Shown: in pieces, positions 10,001 to 18,970 of the stretch
Layout of the letters: each line of letters begins with the position of its first letter
Position numbering within the stretch: the stretch's first letter is position 1
Assembly (NCBI GenBank): GCA_024275255.1
Contig: JAJRZL010000086.1
Span: forward strand, 1 to 41,188
Origin: Candidatus Zixiibacteriota bacterium
GTDB taxonomy: Bacteria; Zixibacteria; MSB-5A5; GN15; FEB-12
Reading direction: 5' to 3'
Length of the DNA stretch: 41,188 bases
Program-made: the position numbers and the translations under genes
The notes under the pieces: generated by a model
Databases searched by the model: none
Told to the model about the DNA's origin: nothing
The model's input: the letters and a program-made list of their open reading frames with translations, nothing else

Positions 10001-13000
10001 CCTGGAATGATTCTCTCTATTATGAATGGCTGAATGGCACCGAAGGCAACAAGACTGATTTCGAATTCCTTGAAATCCCGGATAAAGAAGCATTTGAAAA
10101 TGGGATGAGGACTGAAAACGGTTACTTCTCTTATACGGTTGTTTTCGATCCCGATCACCCTTCACCATTCCGGGTGGATGAATCCAAGTTTGAGGGTACC
10201 AGGGGGGATGAACCATGGTACACCTATCGTATCCCTATTCGTGATCCTGAACTTCTTGATGGTATCTTTACCGATAACCCGGAAGACCCGGCTATTCAGC
10301 CGGACTGGGATGCCAGCCGGATTCGTCATGTTCGGGTTTGGTTTGAGTCACGGGATGGGCAGACAACGCCGGATACGGTGGAAATAGCGGACTGGTACTT
10401 TGTGCAGTCCAACTGGCGTGATACCTTGATTACTCCTGATAGTATGACCACCACCACCCAGTTTGTGGTAGCATCAATCAGTGAAGAAGATAGTACCTTT
10501 ATCGCTCCACCGGGTGTCGAGGCATACGTTGACCCGACAACGGATGTGACCGAATCACAAAAGGGCTTGCTGTTAAAGTATGAGAACCTGGATTATCACG
10601 ATACCTGTCTTGCGGTGAAGCACCTGTTAAGTGTTGACCGGTATTCCGGGTATAGAAAACTGGAGATGTATGTTCACGGAAAACACGGAAGTCCGATTGA
10701 TGAAGGGAAGGTGCTATTCTTCTTCCGGCTGGGTACGGACTCAGTTAACTTTTATGAACAGCGAAGGTTTATCCGGGACGGCTGGAACGAAAGCAACTAT
10801 ATCTCTATGGATTTTAATCAAATCACCGCCTTGAAAGATGCTTTCCAACGGACTCATCCACGAACGGAATGGAGAAATGCCGATACTCTTGCCGGTGATT
10901 TGCGGGTTAAGGGAAATCCGAATCTCAACGAGATAAAATATTTTGCGGCTGGGGTCATTAACCTTGATACCCTGAACAATCATAAAGTATCCGGTGAAAT
11001 ATGGCTGGATGAATTACGCGTGACAGAAGTTCGCCGTGATGTGGGTACTGCCGGTCGGCTTTCCATAAATGGTACTGTTGCCGATTTGGGCAGTTATAGT
11101 TTCTCGTTCCAGTCGCGTGACCCGTATTTCCGAGGGCTGTCATCATCAACTCGCGGCGGTTCCAGCGAGAACCTTGGCTCCGGACAAACACAAACAAGTT
11201 TGGCATATTCCGTGCAGCTCAATCTTGATAAGTTCTTGCCGAAATCATGGGGAGCGCGAATACCGATTAACTATAACTTCAATAAATCAACCTCAACTCC
11301 CCTGTTGCGAAATGGCTCTGATATTATTCTTCCTGAAGAAATTCGCAGGAGTGAGCAATCAACTTCTCGGTCACTTTCCTTTACTGCGAGTGAATCATTC
11401 AACCGCAAGGGACGAAACCCGTTGTTTAATCTTTTGCTGAACCGATTGAAAACATCATTTTCCTATCGGAGGAATACCCGTACATCAGTGAATGTCCCGT
11501 ACAGCTTAGGTGAAAATTACAATATCCGGCAAAGTTTCGATATGAGTGTGAAAAAACCACCATCATTGCCGATTTTCTTCTGGACAAAGTGGATACCGAT
11601 TTTCAACCGGCTTTCCGAGTCACGACTTGGGCTTTATCCCAGTGTCTGGAGAATGTCGGGCGGGTATGACAGGAATTTACAGATTTCCGACGATATTGAT
11701 GGCAATCGTCGTTCGTCATTGAAACGCAATCTCGATGCCAAGATGGATATAACATACCCGGTATTCCAAAACTTATCGGTAACATTACACTATGATACCC
11801 GTCGTGACCTTTCAAACCCTGATGACCTGCGCTTGAAGTTGAGAGATCCGAAAATCGGTATTGAATTGAATTTCAACCAGTCGGCAACGGTTAACTATAA
11901 ACCAAAACTTATCTGGTTTGCCACCACGGATCTTTCCTATCAGGCGACATATTCGGATAGCTGGGAGCGTTCTTCGGAGTCTCGTCGTTCCAATATGAGC
12001 CGGTCATGGGGGATAAAAGGAACTTTTGACCACATGAAATTATTCGGCGGGAAAGGTTCCGGACGAAGCGGGTATCAACGGGGGAGACGCGGACGTGGAG
12101 GATACCGAGCCGGTTCAGAGAAAAATAACGATAAGAACAAAACGAAGGGAAGCGGCAAACCATTTTATGATCCGCCACTGGCTGTTTTCAGGTTCTTAAC
12201 CAGTTGGATACAACCGGTAAAGTATAATTATTCTGAGAATTTCAACATGTCATTGCCGGGCATGCGGGAGCGTCCGAGTTTGAAGTATCGGCTTGGACTT
12301 ACCCGGGAGGCAAATGTATTGACTATTGCCCAGGGGCTTAACCCCAATTCCGGAGAGGGACAAAAATATGAGTTCTCGAGCGGTTTCAAATTTCTTGGCG
12401 GTATCTCGACGGATGTCCGTTTTAAGCGAAGCATTGCCAAAGACTTAATTAAGCAGGGAAAACGGTACAAGAAGGTCTCTACCAATTGGCCTGACTTGAT
12501 TATTAAGATTCAACGCTTTAAGTATTTCCCACTGTTGAAAGGTCCGCTGAACAAGTTTATTGATGTCTTTACCCCTCGGACAGGTTATACCCGTACGCTG
12601 TCTGAAAATTATGATATTGACGGCGGTTTCATTATTTCCCGCTCCACTACTATCAGCCAGAACCCGTTGCTGGGAGTGAATTTCAAACTGTTCAGGACAT
12701 TATCATTATCGGGAAGTTATAACCTTACGAGAGATATCAAGGATGAGTTTAATCCCAACACCGGTGAATTTCGTTCACAGGGAAAAACCACTCGTAAATC
12801 TATCGGATTATCAACCAAGTATTCTTTCTCGTCGCCGAGCGGGATAAACCTGCCTTTGTTTGGACGTATCAAGTTCCGCTCAACAGTTTCTATTACGATT
12901 GATGTAAAGAAAAACCAGAGTATAACCGAAAACTACGATTCAAAAGGGAATATCACCTCGTCATCTGAAAAGTCCGATTTCACTGTTTCGCCGGATATCG

Positions 13001-13119
13001 CCTATACCTTTTCCAAGCAGATTCGTGGAGGTTTACGGATGCGCTGGTCGGATTCTAATACAAACAATCGCAAATCACATCTTCGCGAAGTTCAACTCTG
13101 GGTTGAAATTCGATTCTAA
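7048..13119 (+). CDS. sprA: SprA/Sov-family outer-membrane protein (type IX secretion translocon), 2,023 aa, GTG start
   Basis: Evidence for the call:
- A signal peptide (MILTTSKILLFFVLTVMVGMMGCPVVYGA).
- SprA N-terminal conserved blocks (GFRKITFAGRSQW, LQIRYKGDEDDILKSIEAGNTNLKLP, GLFGVKAEAQVGNLRIVGIASQEKG).
- Asp-rich Ca-binding-like motifs (NGDGNAFNED, GLDGLPDS, NPDPNGDDW).
- Beta-rich composition and a C-terminal aromatic residue (...LWVEIRF).
The family assignment is from memory of Flavobacterium SprA and Porphyromonas Sov. Confidence 0.8.
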   Translation: MILTTSKILLFFVLTVMVGMMGCPVVYGASGFSMSLEEPPSEVSSYLEPPSRLSVSLSEPLYPNLSRYLNRNPKVVASSYEKKTLRFNTTIYKHGRDSLTLVPVATDAERYMAKRLVQKLDQNFYKALTQSLKNPDARKKRQGLGLSLQLPTRLQRVFGEGGAGLRVNGFRKITFAGRSQWTEASNSPVYSQSKFPSLHMEQFYRFDITGNIGSKITVKVSQDSQTDIPLTNTLQIRYKGDEDDILKSIEAGNTNLKLPNTQFVGYSSRIQGLFGVKAEAQVGNLRIVGIASQEKGSSERTRVTPSGEESAKIIRDNEYVERRIFDLGRPGDFQPGDDIISLFVYEELVQTQDIRPGDALYARMYVNPAYPDSFSSESVILTDAQAGVIQVQPDQYEYYSLPDSNKYYIIFKSPRRNRALGVQMQIKRGTDTIFVGSISDTASLKLLYSPDMTPDYQVWNLMWRNCYAIPKGVTIDDFDLKVYKGLKNSENSSTSLDYQQTDLGTETYLEILGLDQYDATGKKVPDGKLDDRFEIFRPDLGLLIFPHRRPFANDTTFVSETGKETQPLQDTVHNIYFYLPRGTEKTDASRYFLKLFTKSRSTIIRLGKPNIIEGSESITLNGRQLQKGKDYTIDYSFGQVTLLTDEAGDPNADINIDFSYAPFFAVQKKTLLGLRAEYEWNKDFKIGSTVLFKSDKAQDRKPRVGMETAKATVFDVDASLSLRPNFLTKLANALPFYSTETPSNLKLSGEIAQSHPNPNVEGKAYIDDFEASSEHLTLGTNRTLWRKSSRPLQVELDRERAKLLWHNPRDPLNIEDVYDRDPRQGSGTLRSLRMVFRPNYLDTIWDTTVVGEDTTYSIVSIEEPAIPRKSWAGITRFFGGRIDSKRIQLFEFRARASKGAVLHFDFGKVSEDINGDGNAFNEDQTNTGNFLPSEDVGLDGLPDSLEPRYDPITNPDPNGDDWFFLGDGKCPLSPDECATLQDPNAWNDSLYYEWLNGTEGNKTDFEFLEIPDKEAFENGMRTENGYFSYTVVFDPDHPSPFRVDESKFEGTRGDEPWYTYRIPIRDPELLDGIFTDNPEDPAIQPDWDASRIRHVRVWFESRDGQTTPDTVEIADWYFVQSNWRDTLITPDSMTTTTQFVVASISEEDSTFIAPPGVEAYVDPTTDVTESQKGLLLKYENLDYHDTCLAVKHLLSVDRYSGYRKLEMYVHGKHGSPIDEGKVLFFFRLGTDSVNFYEQRRFIRDGWNESNYISMDFNQITALKDAFQRTHPRTEWRNADTLAGDLRVKGNPNLNEIKYFAAGVINLDTLNNHKVSGEIWLDELRVTEVRRDVGTAGRLSINGTVADLGSYSFSFQSRDPYFRGLSSSTRGGSSENLGSGQTQTSLAYSVQLNLDKFLPKSWGARIPINYNFNKSTSTPLLRNGSDIILPEEIRRSEQSTSRSLSFTASESFNRKGRNPLFNLLLNRLKTSFSYRRNTRTSVNVPYSLGENYNIRQSFDMSVKKPPSLPIFFWTKWIPIFNRLSESRLGLYPSVWRMSGGYDRNLQISDDIDGNRRSSLKRNLDAKMDITYPVFQNLSVTLHYDTRRDLSNPDDLRLKLRDPKIGIELNFNQSATVNYKPKLIWFATTDLSYQATYSDSWERSSESRRSNMSRSWGIKGTFDHMKLFGGKGSGRSGYQRGRRGRGGYRAGSEKNNDKNKTKGSGKPFYDPPLAVFRFLTSWIQPVKYNYSENFNMSLPGMRERPSLKYRLGLTREANVLTIAQGLNPNSGEGQKYEFSSGFKFLGGISTDVRFKRSIAKDLIKQGKRYKKVSTNWPDLIIKIQRFKYFPLLKGPLNKFIDVFTPRTGYTRTLSENYDIDGGFIISRSTTISQNPLLGVNFKLFRTLSLSGSYNLTRDIKDEFNPNTGEFRSQGKTTRKSIGLSTKYSFSSPSGINLPLFGRIKFRSTVSITIDVKKNQSITENYDSKGNITSSSEKSDFTVSPDIAYTFSKQIRGGLRMRWSDSNTNNRKSHLREVQLWVEIRF

Positions 13120-13182
13120 AAATACAGTAATGACGTAGGAAAATAGAACCAGGCAATACTTCCTGATTGAAATAAGGAAAAA

Positions 13183-13211
13183 GGTCCCAAAATGGTTTCC
13201 ATATCGGGACC
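13183..13211. terminator. Bidirectional intrinsic terminator between convergent sprA and SPFH gene
   Basis: The hairpin is AAAAA-GGTCCCAAAATGG-tttcc-ATATCGGGACC-CTATATTTT, with a stem of about 11 of 13 pairs. There are T-runs on both strands. It lies 64 nt after the sprA stop and 27 nt after the SPFH stop. Confidence 0.5.
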
Positions 13212-13237
13212 CTATATTTTACAAGTTAAAATGCCGG

Positions 13238-13999
13238 TTATGGCTTTTCACTATATTTCTTTATGGCCTGAAGCAGTTCAATCGGGATGGGGAAGACAAG
13301 GGTTGAGTTCTTCTCTGCCGCTACTTCAGTCAGGGTTTGCAGGAACCGAAGTTGCATTGTATTGGGGGAATCAGAAATGATTTTTGCTGCTTCCGCCAAC
13401 TTTGTTGATGCCTGGTATTCACCCTCGGCGTGAATAACTTTCGAGCGTCGTTCACGTTCCGCTTCTGCTTGTTTTGCTATTGCTCGTATCATTTCCGGTG
13501 GCAGATCAACATTTTTTACTTCCACGGCGCTTACTTTTACACCCCATGGTTCAGTCTGTTCATCAATAATCTGCTGCAGTTCACTGTTGATTTTCTCACG
13601 GTTTGCCAGCAAGTCATCGAGTTCCACCTGACCAAGAACAGAGCGTAATGTTGTCTGTGCGATTTGTGAGGTCGCCTCGAAGTAATTTGCAACACTCACA
13701 ATGGCTCTGTTGGGGTCGATAACCTGGAAATACAGTACTGCATTAACCTTTACAGAGACATTGTCCCTCGTAATAACATCCTGTGCCGGGACATCATACG
13801 TAATAACACGCAAATCCACCCGAACAATTTTATCGAGAATAGGGATAAGAATAATAAGACCGGGTCCTTTTGTTGCAATCAAACGTCCTAAACGAAAAAT
13901 AACCCCGCGTTCGTATTCTTTCAGGACTTTAATCATGTTAAACAGCAGAATCAGCAGAAAGAATACAACAATCAACAATCCAATGCCTTGAGCTGGCAT
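13238..13999 (-). CDS. SPFH/band-7 family protein (prokaryotic stomatin / slipin)
   Basis: It is 253 aa with an N-terminal TM helix. The stomatin core is present ([12 protein letters not shown]...RVDLRV...[21 protein letters not shown]) and the C-terminal coiled coil is AEAERERR. It is paired with nfeD, as in the Pyrococcus PH1510/PH1511 operon. Confidence 0.9.
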   Translation of the reverse strand: MPAQGIGLLIVVFFLLILLFNMIKVLKEYERGVIFRLGRLIATKGPGLIILIPILDKIVRVDLRVITYDVPAQDVITRDNVSVKVNAVLYFQVIDPNRAIVSVANYFEATSQIAQTTLRSVLGQVELDDLLANREKINSELQQIIDEQTEPWGVKVSAVEVKNVDLPPEMIRAIAKQAEAERERRSKVIHAEGEYQASTKLAEAAKIISDSPNTMQLRFLQTLTEVAAEKNSTLVFPIPIELLQAIKKYSEKP

Positions 14000-14022
14000 A
14001 TCACTACTCCCTGTTTGAGTTG

Positions 14023-15435
14023 TTATGTATTACTGATTTTCTTTACTTGTAATGTTAAATTGTCAATACCGATTACTTTAACTTTATCGCCATCGGACAA
14101 GGGCTCATCAGATGTCGCCTTCCAGAGAGCGCCCTCCACAAATACCATCCCATCTGGGCGTACCGTTCCGATTTTACCAATCAACCCTTCCTTGCCGATA
14201 AACGGTCTCCGGCGAGCTGCTTTGGCAACTACCAGGATAGCGAGCGCAAGCACAATTCCCACAAAGATGACAATTGTAAACAGTATCGACTTGGAAACTT
14301 GCAGGGCAGGATCCACGGTATCAATCAGCATAAGCCCTCCAAAGAAAAGAGATATGAGACCACCGATAGTCAGGATGCCATGACTTACTATTTTAATTTC
14401 AGCAATGAATAATATTATCGCAAGAATAATGAGCGCCAAACCGGCATAGTTAATGGGTAATGTCTGGAAGGCATAGAGTGCCAGCAGCAGGCAAATAGTG
14501 CCTACCACACCGGGAAGAATTGTACCGGGATTATATAGTTCGAGCATGATACCTAATGTCCCGAGAGAAAACAGAATAAAAGCAATATCCGGTTGGGTGA
14601 TAAGATTCAAAATTATATGAATAAACGATATTTGCAAATCCTCCACCTGGGGGTTGGTAAGATGCATCACTTGTGTACCCGAAGGCAGCTCAACTTGTTT
14701 ACCGTTTATTTGTCGGAGAAGATCTTTCAGGTTATCCGCCCGAAAATCAATTACATGCAGTTTCAGGGCTTCCCGGTCGGTGATGGATACCGACTCGCGA
14801 ACGGCTCTTTCCGCCCACTCAGCATTGCGTCCTCGCGTCTCGGCAGCAGCGCGTATTTGAGCCACGGCATCGTTGGTGACTTTTTCGTTCATCACCGAAT
14901 CGATTTCTTTCCCACCGCCGGAAACAGGATGAGCTGCTCCGATGTTTGTGGTCGGAGCCATAGCAGCAAAATGTGAGGCATAGGTGATATACACTCCGGC
15001 GGAACCTGCCCGAGCACCCGATGGAGAAATATAAGTGCACACGGGTACGGGGGAGTTGAGGATATTCTTGCAAATCTCCCAGGTTGGTTTGGTAAACCCA
15101 CCGGGAGTATTTAACTTAATGACAAGCAATGCAGCATTGTTCTCATTGGCTTTTTCAATAGCTGTCGCAATACGGTCGTTGGTAACGGTCCCGATTGCTC
15201 CATCGACTACAATAGTATAAACCAGTTGCTTGTTATCCTCTGCGGTACTTTCTTCTGGAATGGAATCATCCGACTGTATGGAATCCAATGATTTGCCAAG
15301 GGTATCAATCGCAGAATCTTTCGCGGCATAGACAGTCAGGACCACGCATGAGAAAAATATCCAAAAAATTGCCATTTTTATCATTTTTGCTCGCATAGTA
15401 CAATATATGCCAGAAGCATCAATGAAGTCAATCAT
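14023..15435 (-). CDS. nfeD: NfeD-family membrane-bound ClpP-class serine protease (long form)
   Basis: It is 470 aa. It has a ClpP-like N-domain (LNTPGG...[10 protein letters not shown]), a block of 4-5 TM helices, and a C-terminal NfeD OB-fold ([33 protein letters not shown]). The true start may be an internal Met (15396, 15384 or 15375) just before the signal/TM segment [11 protein letters not shown]. Confidence 0.85.
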   Translation of the reverse strand: MIDFIDASGIYCTMRAKMIKMAIFWIFFSCVVLTVYAAKDSAIDTLGKSLDSIQSDDSIPEESTAEDNKQLVYTIVVDGAIGTVTNDRIATAIEKANENNAALLVIKLNTPGGFTKPTWEICKNILNSPVPVCTYISPSGARAGSAGVYITYASHFAAMAPTTNIGAAHPVSGGGKEIDSVMNEKVTNDAVAQIRAAAETRGRNAEWAERAVRESVSITDREALKLHVIDFRADNLKDLLRQINGKQVELPSGTQVMHLTNPQVEDLQISFIHIILNLITQPDIAFILFSLGTLGIMLELYNPGTILPGVVGTICLLLALYAFQTLPINYAGLALIILAIILFIAEIKIVSHGILTIGGLISLFFGGLMLIDTVDPALQVSKSILFTIVIFVGIVLALAILVVAKAARRRPFIGKEGLIGKIGTVRPDGMVFVEGALWKATSDEPLSDGDKVKVIGIDNLTLQVKKISNT

Positions 15436-15497
15436 TTAACGGTTTGGGGTGCTTTCCTGAAACCACTATTTCAGTTTTTGCAGCGACAGGATGGATA

Positions 15498-17084
15498 TCA
15501 CAATGTTATTGAATTGTCCCGGTATTTCACTTTGCCGTCAAGAACCGTTCCCAACACCTTGATATGTTCAATTTTGGTGGGGGCTGTTTTGGTAATATCA
15601 TCTGAAAGGACAATAAAGTCCGCCGGATAACCGGGCAGCAAATACCCCCGACAGTGGGATTCCCCGGAAGCAATGGCAGAGCCGACAGTGAAAGCTGATA
15701 GTGCTTCAAATGCAGTCAAACGTTGTTCTGGGTAAAATGTGTCACGACTATGTGGTTTTGCCCTGCGAACAGCGGCTGCCATGCCGGAAATAGGATCGAG
15801 CGGCTCAATCGGACAATCGGAACCAAAGGCTACGTCAATACCTTTATTGAGAAACGTGCGGAAGATATAGGCGTTTGCTCCCCGTGCGCCCCAGTAATCC
15901 CTGACCATATCAATATCAGATGGACAATGTGATGGTTGCACCGACGCGACAATGCCTAACTGTTTTATCCGTTGAATATCTTTTTTTCGTACCAGTTGCA
16001 GGTGTTCTATCCGATGCCGCACCGGTGGTTGTGGGGGAGAGGTTTGTTCAAAAGCATCAAGCACGTTAGCTACTGCTTTGTCTCCGATGGCATGAATAGC
16101 GACCGGTAGTTCCAGTTTTCCGGCAGTACGGATATATGTCATCATTTTACTGACAGAAGTAACTTCGATACCATAGTTATGTTTTGAGCCGATGTACTTG
16201 TTAAAACATAACGCGGTCTGACTCCCAAGAGCGCCATCGGCAAAAATCTTTATCCCGGCAAGACGAAAAAAATCGGTCCCGGTACCATAGCGGGTCTTTG
16301 TTTTCCGAAGGAGCGGAAGCAAGTCAACAGGGGCATAGTAATTTATCCGTATCCCCACTTTGCCCTGTTCGGCACGCTTCATGAAAAACGCAAAGGCATC
16401 CGGGTTGTCCATCGAGTGTACCCCGGTTACTCCTTTCTCGTAAGCAATACGGAGAGCTTTTGCATACAAACGGTCAACAGTTGATTGTGATGGATGGGGT
16501 ATTTTGGCAAACACCGGTTCATAAGCGGGTATTTCCCTGAGAATACCGGTCGGAGTTCCATCGGGAAACCGGATAATAGCCCCACCCTCAGGATCTCGGG
16601 TACGGCTGGTTATTCCGGCAAGCTCCAGCGCTTTGCTGTTTGCCCAGGCGGAGTGCTGATCTTTCGAGAAGATAATTGCCGGTCTGTTGCCGGTTACGTT
16701 GTCAAGCATATACCTGTCAGGTTCTACCTGTGGTTTGAATCGGTGCAGCTCGTATCCCTCACCTAATACCCATTCATTGCGTTTTAATGTCTTGGCGTGC
16801 TGTGTTATTTTATCAAGGCAAGCCTGAAAGGAGTTCAAACCATGCAACCGTACTGTTGCCAGAGATAATGCGAAAAAGTAAAAGTGAGTGTGAGCATCTA
16901 CAAAACCCGGAACAACCGTAAGTCCTTTCAAATCCACCCGATGCCAGCGACGGAACTGTTCTGCCTGCTGAAGGTTATCACCGATAGCCACAACTCGTCC
17001 TTTCTCAACAGCCATGGAATTGACCGTAAGGGCTCCGTGCATCGTATAGATACGGGCATTACAAATTAAACTCTTCGTCGTCAA
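15498..17084 (-). CDS. Amidohydro_3 (YtcJ-like) metal-dependent amidohydrolase
   Basis: It is 528 aa. It has an HxH motif (GFVDAHTHF), later AIHAIGD and HRIEHLQ, and a C-terminal GSDCP metal/Asp motif. The start is TTG at 17084, preceded by AAGGAG at a 6-nt spacing, and it lies 26 nt inside the selB 3' end. Confidence 0.8.
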   Translation of the reverse strand: MTTKSLICNARIYTMHGALTVNSMAVEKGRVVAIGDNLQQAEQFRRWHRVDLKGLTVVPGFVDAHTHFYFFALSLATVRLHGLNSFQACLDKITQHAKTLKRNEWVLGEGYELHRFKPQVEPDRYMLDNVTGNRPAIIFSKDQHSAWANSKALELAGITSRTRDPEGGAIIRFPDGTPTGILREIPAYEPVFAKIPHPSQSTVDRLYAKALRIAYEKGVTGVHSMDNPDAFAFFMKRAEQGKVGIRINYYAPVDLLPLLRKTKTRYGTGTDFFRLAGIKIFADGALGSQTALCFNKYIGSKHNYGIEVTSVSKMMTYIRTAGKLELPVAIHAIGDKAVANVLDAFEQTSPPQPPVRHRIEHLQLVRKKDIQRIKQLGIVASVQPSHCPSDIDMVRDYWGARGANAYIFRTFLNKGIDVAFGSDCPIEPLDPISGMAAAVRRAKPHSRDTFYPEQRLTAFEALSAFTVGSAIASGESHCRGYLLPGYPADFIVLSDDITKTAPTKIEHIKVLGTVLDGKVKYRDNSITL

Positions 17085-18963
17085 AGCGTGCTCCTTTTAC
17101 TCGTACATCACCATCACGTTGTGTCAACCGTATCCGGTCCATTTCTTCAAGGACAGGGATGGCAAATTTACGGGTCATGCCAAACTGCTCCCGCAAATCA
17201 GCAACCGCCATTGAATCTGAATGAGACAAATGTTTTTTTATGAACCGTATTATTTCCTGCCATGTCTCCCGTAAAAAAACAAAACTGCCACCACACTTGT
17301 ACCCCTGACCGGAGTCGAGAATAAACTTGATTGCATCGCGGTAAGGTTTCCCACCTGAGGTTAGCACTTTCAGCGTTGGGGGGGTAAACGGTTCCTGTTT
17401 CAGTTCGTTTAGTATCTTGTTGTATGCTGTTTTGACCTCACCTTTCAAACTCATCCCTCTGCCGGGGATAGTGTAGTTGTCACCGACCGTGATAAGGCTT
17501 CCGTTATCGAGCATGTATCGAATAATAACAGTAGTTCGACCAGAATCGTATGGAGAGAGTTGTTGTACCTGTTCCTGTGATATACCAAGGAAATGCGACT
17601 TATCTTCAAGAAAAGTCCTAATATTTTTCTGTATTTCTGCCACCGCTTGCTCCATGCGTTCAGGATGGTAGAGATATGATTCAAAACGGGTAATCTTGTT
17701 ACTTTTCAGCAGGTCATGTACAACCTTCTTTATCTCTGCTGCCGCATAGTCTGTATTTTGCAACAAATTATCCTGTTTGATAACAACCTGCTTGTTTATT
17801 TCCGACAAAATGAGAGCCGACAGTTGTCCGCTGGTTCGTTCCTGAAGATAACGATACTTCTCTAAATAACGTTGACGGGGGAAATGGGGGAGATGGTCAA
17901 GTACCTGTCCGCCACCAAGAGTTACCATTGGGGTTGGTAAACGCATGATATAATGATCGCCAACATAGCTGAGTACCTGGATGTCCGGTTTGAAAAAGAT
18001 AATACCTTTTTCTGAGGGGTTGATTTGTTTTTGTCCATATAGACGGATTTCCCCTTCAATTTCAGTCGTCCCAATAATAAGAAGAACGCGCCGACGATTC
18101 GCAAGGCTGACCGGTGAGTTGTTGAGCAGCTCAATGGATAACGCCAGCACCGGGTTGTCTTCAAAGAATGACAAATCGTTTCTGTCAGTAATAACCCCAC
18201 CGCGGATAAGCAGCTCCTTATCGACTCCGGTAAGTGAAATAGCGGTACGCTGCCCCGGAACAGCCGTCTGAACATCACGACCGTTCGACTGCAGGGAACG
18301 AATTTTCCCCGTTACCTGTGCGGGCCACACCGTTACCGGCTGGCTTACCTGTAAACTTCCGCCACGAAGGGTTCCGGTTACGATACCGCCAATTCCCTGC
18401 CGAATGAACGAGCGGTCTATGTACAATCGCGGTTTGCCGATATCTTTACGTACCGAGACAGTACCGATAAGGCTGTCAAGATAGTTTCCCAGCTTGTCAA
18501 ACCCCTCTCCGGTTTGTGCGGAAACTTTGAATATGGGGGCATCGGCAAGAAAAGAACCGGTTACTTTTTCGTGAATTTCCTGCTCCAATAACTCCAGCCA
18601 GTCTTGCTCGACAAGGTCGATTTTATTCAGGACAATAACTCCCTGGGTTACTCCCAGCAGGCGAACTACCTGGAAATGCTCCTCGCTCTGTGGCATCCAG
18701 CCGTCATCAGCGGCAACCACCAGCATGACAACATCAATCCCACCGGCTCCGGCAATCATATTTTTTACGAATCGCTCATGTCCCGGAACATCGACAAAAG
18801 CGATACTGTCCCCCGATGGGGTGTTGCGAAAGGCAAAGCCGAGGTCAATAGTCATTCCCCGCGCTTTTTCTTCCGGGAGACGGTCCGGGTCGGTCCCGGT
18901 CAGGCGTTTTACGATTGAGGATTTTCCGTGGTCGATATGTCCGGCAGTACCTATGATAATCAT
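17059..18963 (-). CDS. selB: Selenocysteine-specific translation elongation factor SelB
   Basis: It is 634 aa. The N-terminal GTPase is present ([25 protein letters not shown]). EF-Tu-like domains II and III follow, then a long C-terminal winged-helix extension typical of bacterial SelB. It is adjacent to selA. Confidence 0.9.
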   Translation of the reverse strand: MIIIGTAGHIDHGKSSIVKRLTGTDPDRLPEEKARGMTIDLGFAFRNTPSGDSIAFVDVPGHERFVKNMIAGAGGIDVVMLVVAADDGWMPQSEEHFQVVRLLGVTQGVIVLNKIDLVEQDWLELLEQEIHEKVTGSFLADAPIFKVSAQTGEGFDKLGNYLDSLIGTVSVRKDIGKPRLYIDRSFIRQGIGGIVTGTLRGGSLQVSQPVTVWPAQVTGKIRSLQSNGRDVQTAVPGQRTAISLTGVDKELLIRGGVITDRNDLSFFEDNPVLALSIELLNNSPVSLANRRRVLLIIGTTEIEGEIRLYGQKQINPSEKGIIFFKPDIQVLSYVGDHYIMRLPTPMVTLGGGQVLDHLPHFPRQRYLEKYRYLQERTSGQLSALILSEINKQVVIKQDNLLQNTDYAAAEIKKVVHDLLKSNKITRFESYLYHPERMEQAVAEIQKNIRTFLEDKSHFLGISQEQVQQLSPYDSGRTTVIIRYMLDNGSLITVGDNYTIPGRGMSLKGEVKTAYNKILNELKQEPFTPPTLKVLTSGGKPYRDAIKFILDSGQGYKCGGSFVFLRETWQEIIRFIKKHLSHSDSMAVADLREQFGMTRKFAIPVLEEMDRIRLTQRDGDVRVKGARFDDEEFNL

Positions 18964-18970
18964 CTCAACA

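Noticed and set aside
13192-13380. A 62-aa plus-strand ORF starting in the sprA/SPFH intergenic region
   Set aside because: It begins inside the terminator hairpin and runs antisense into the SPFH gene. It has no SD and no recognisable family.
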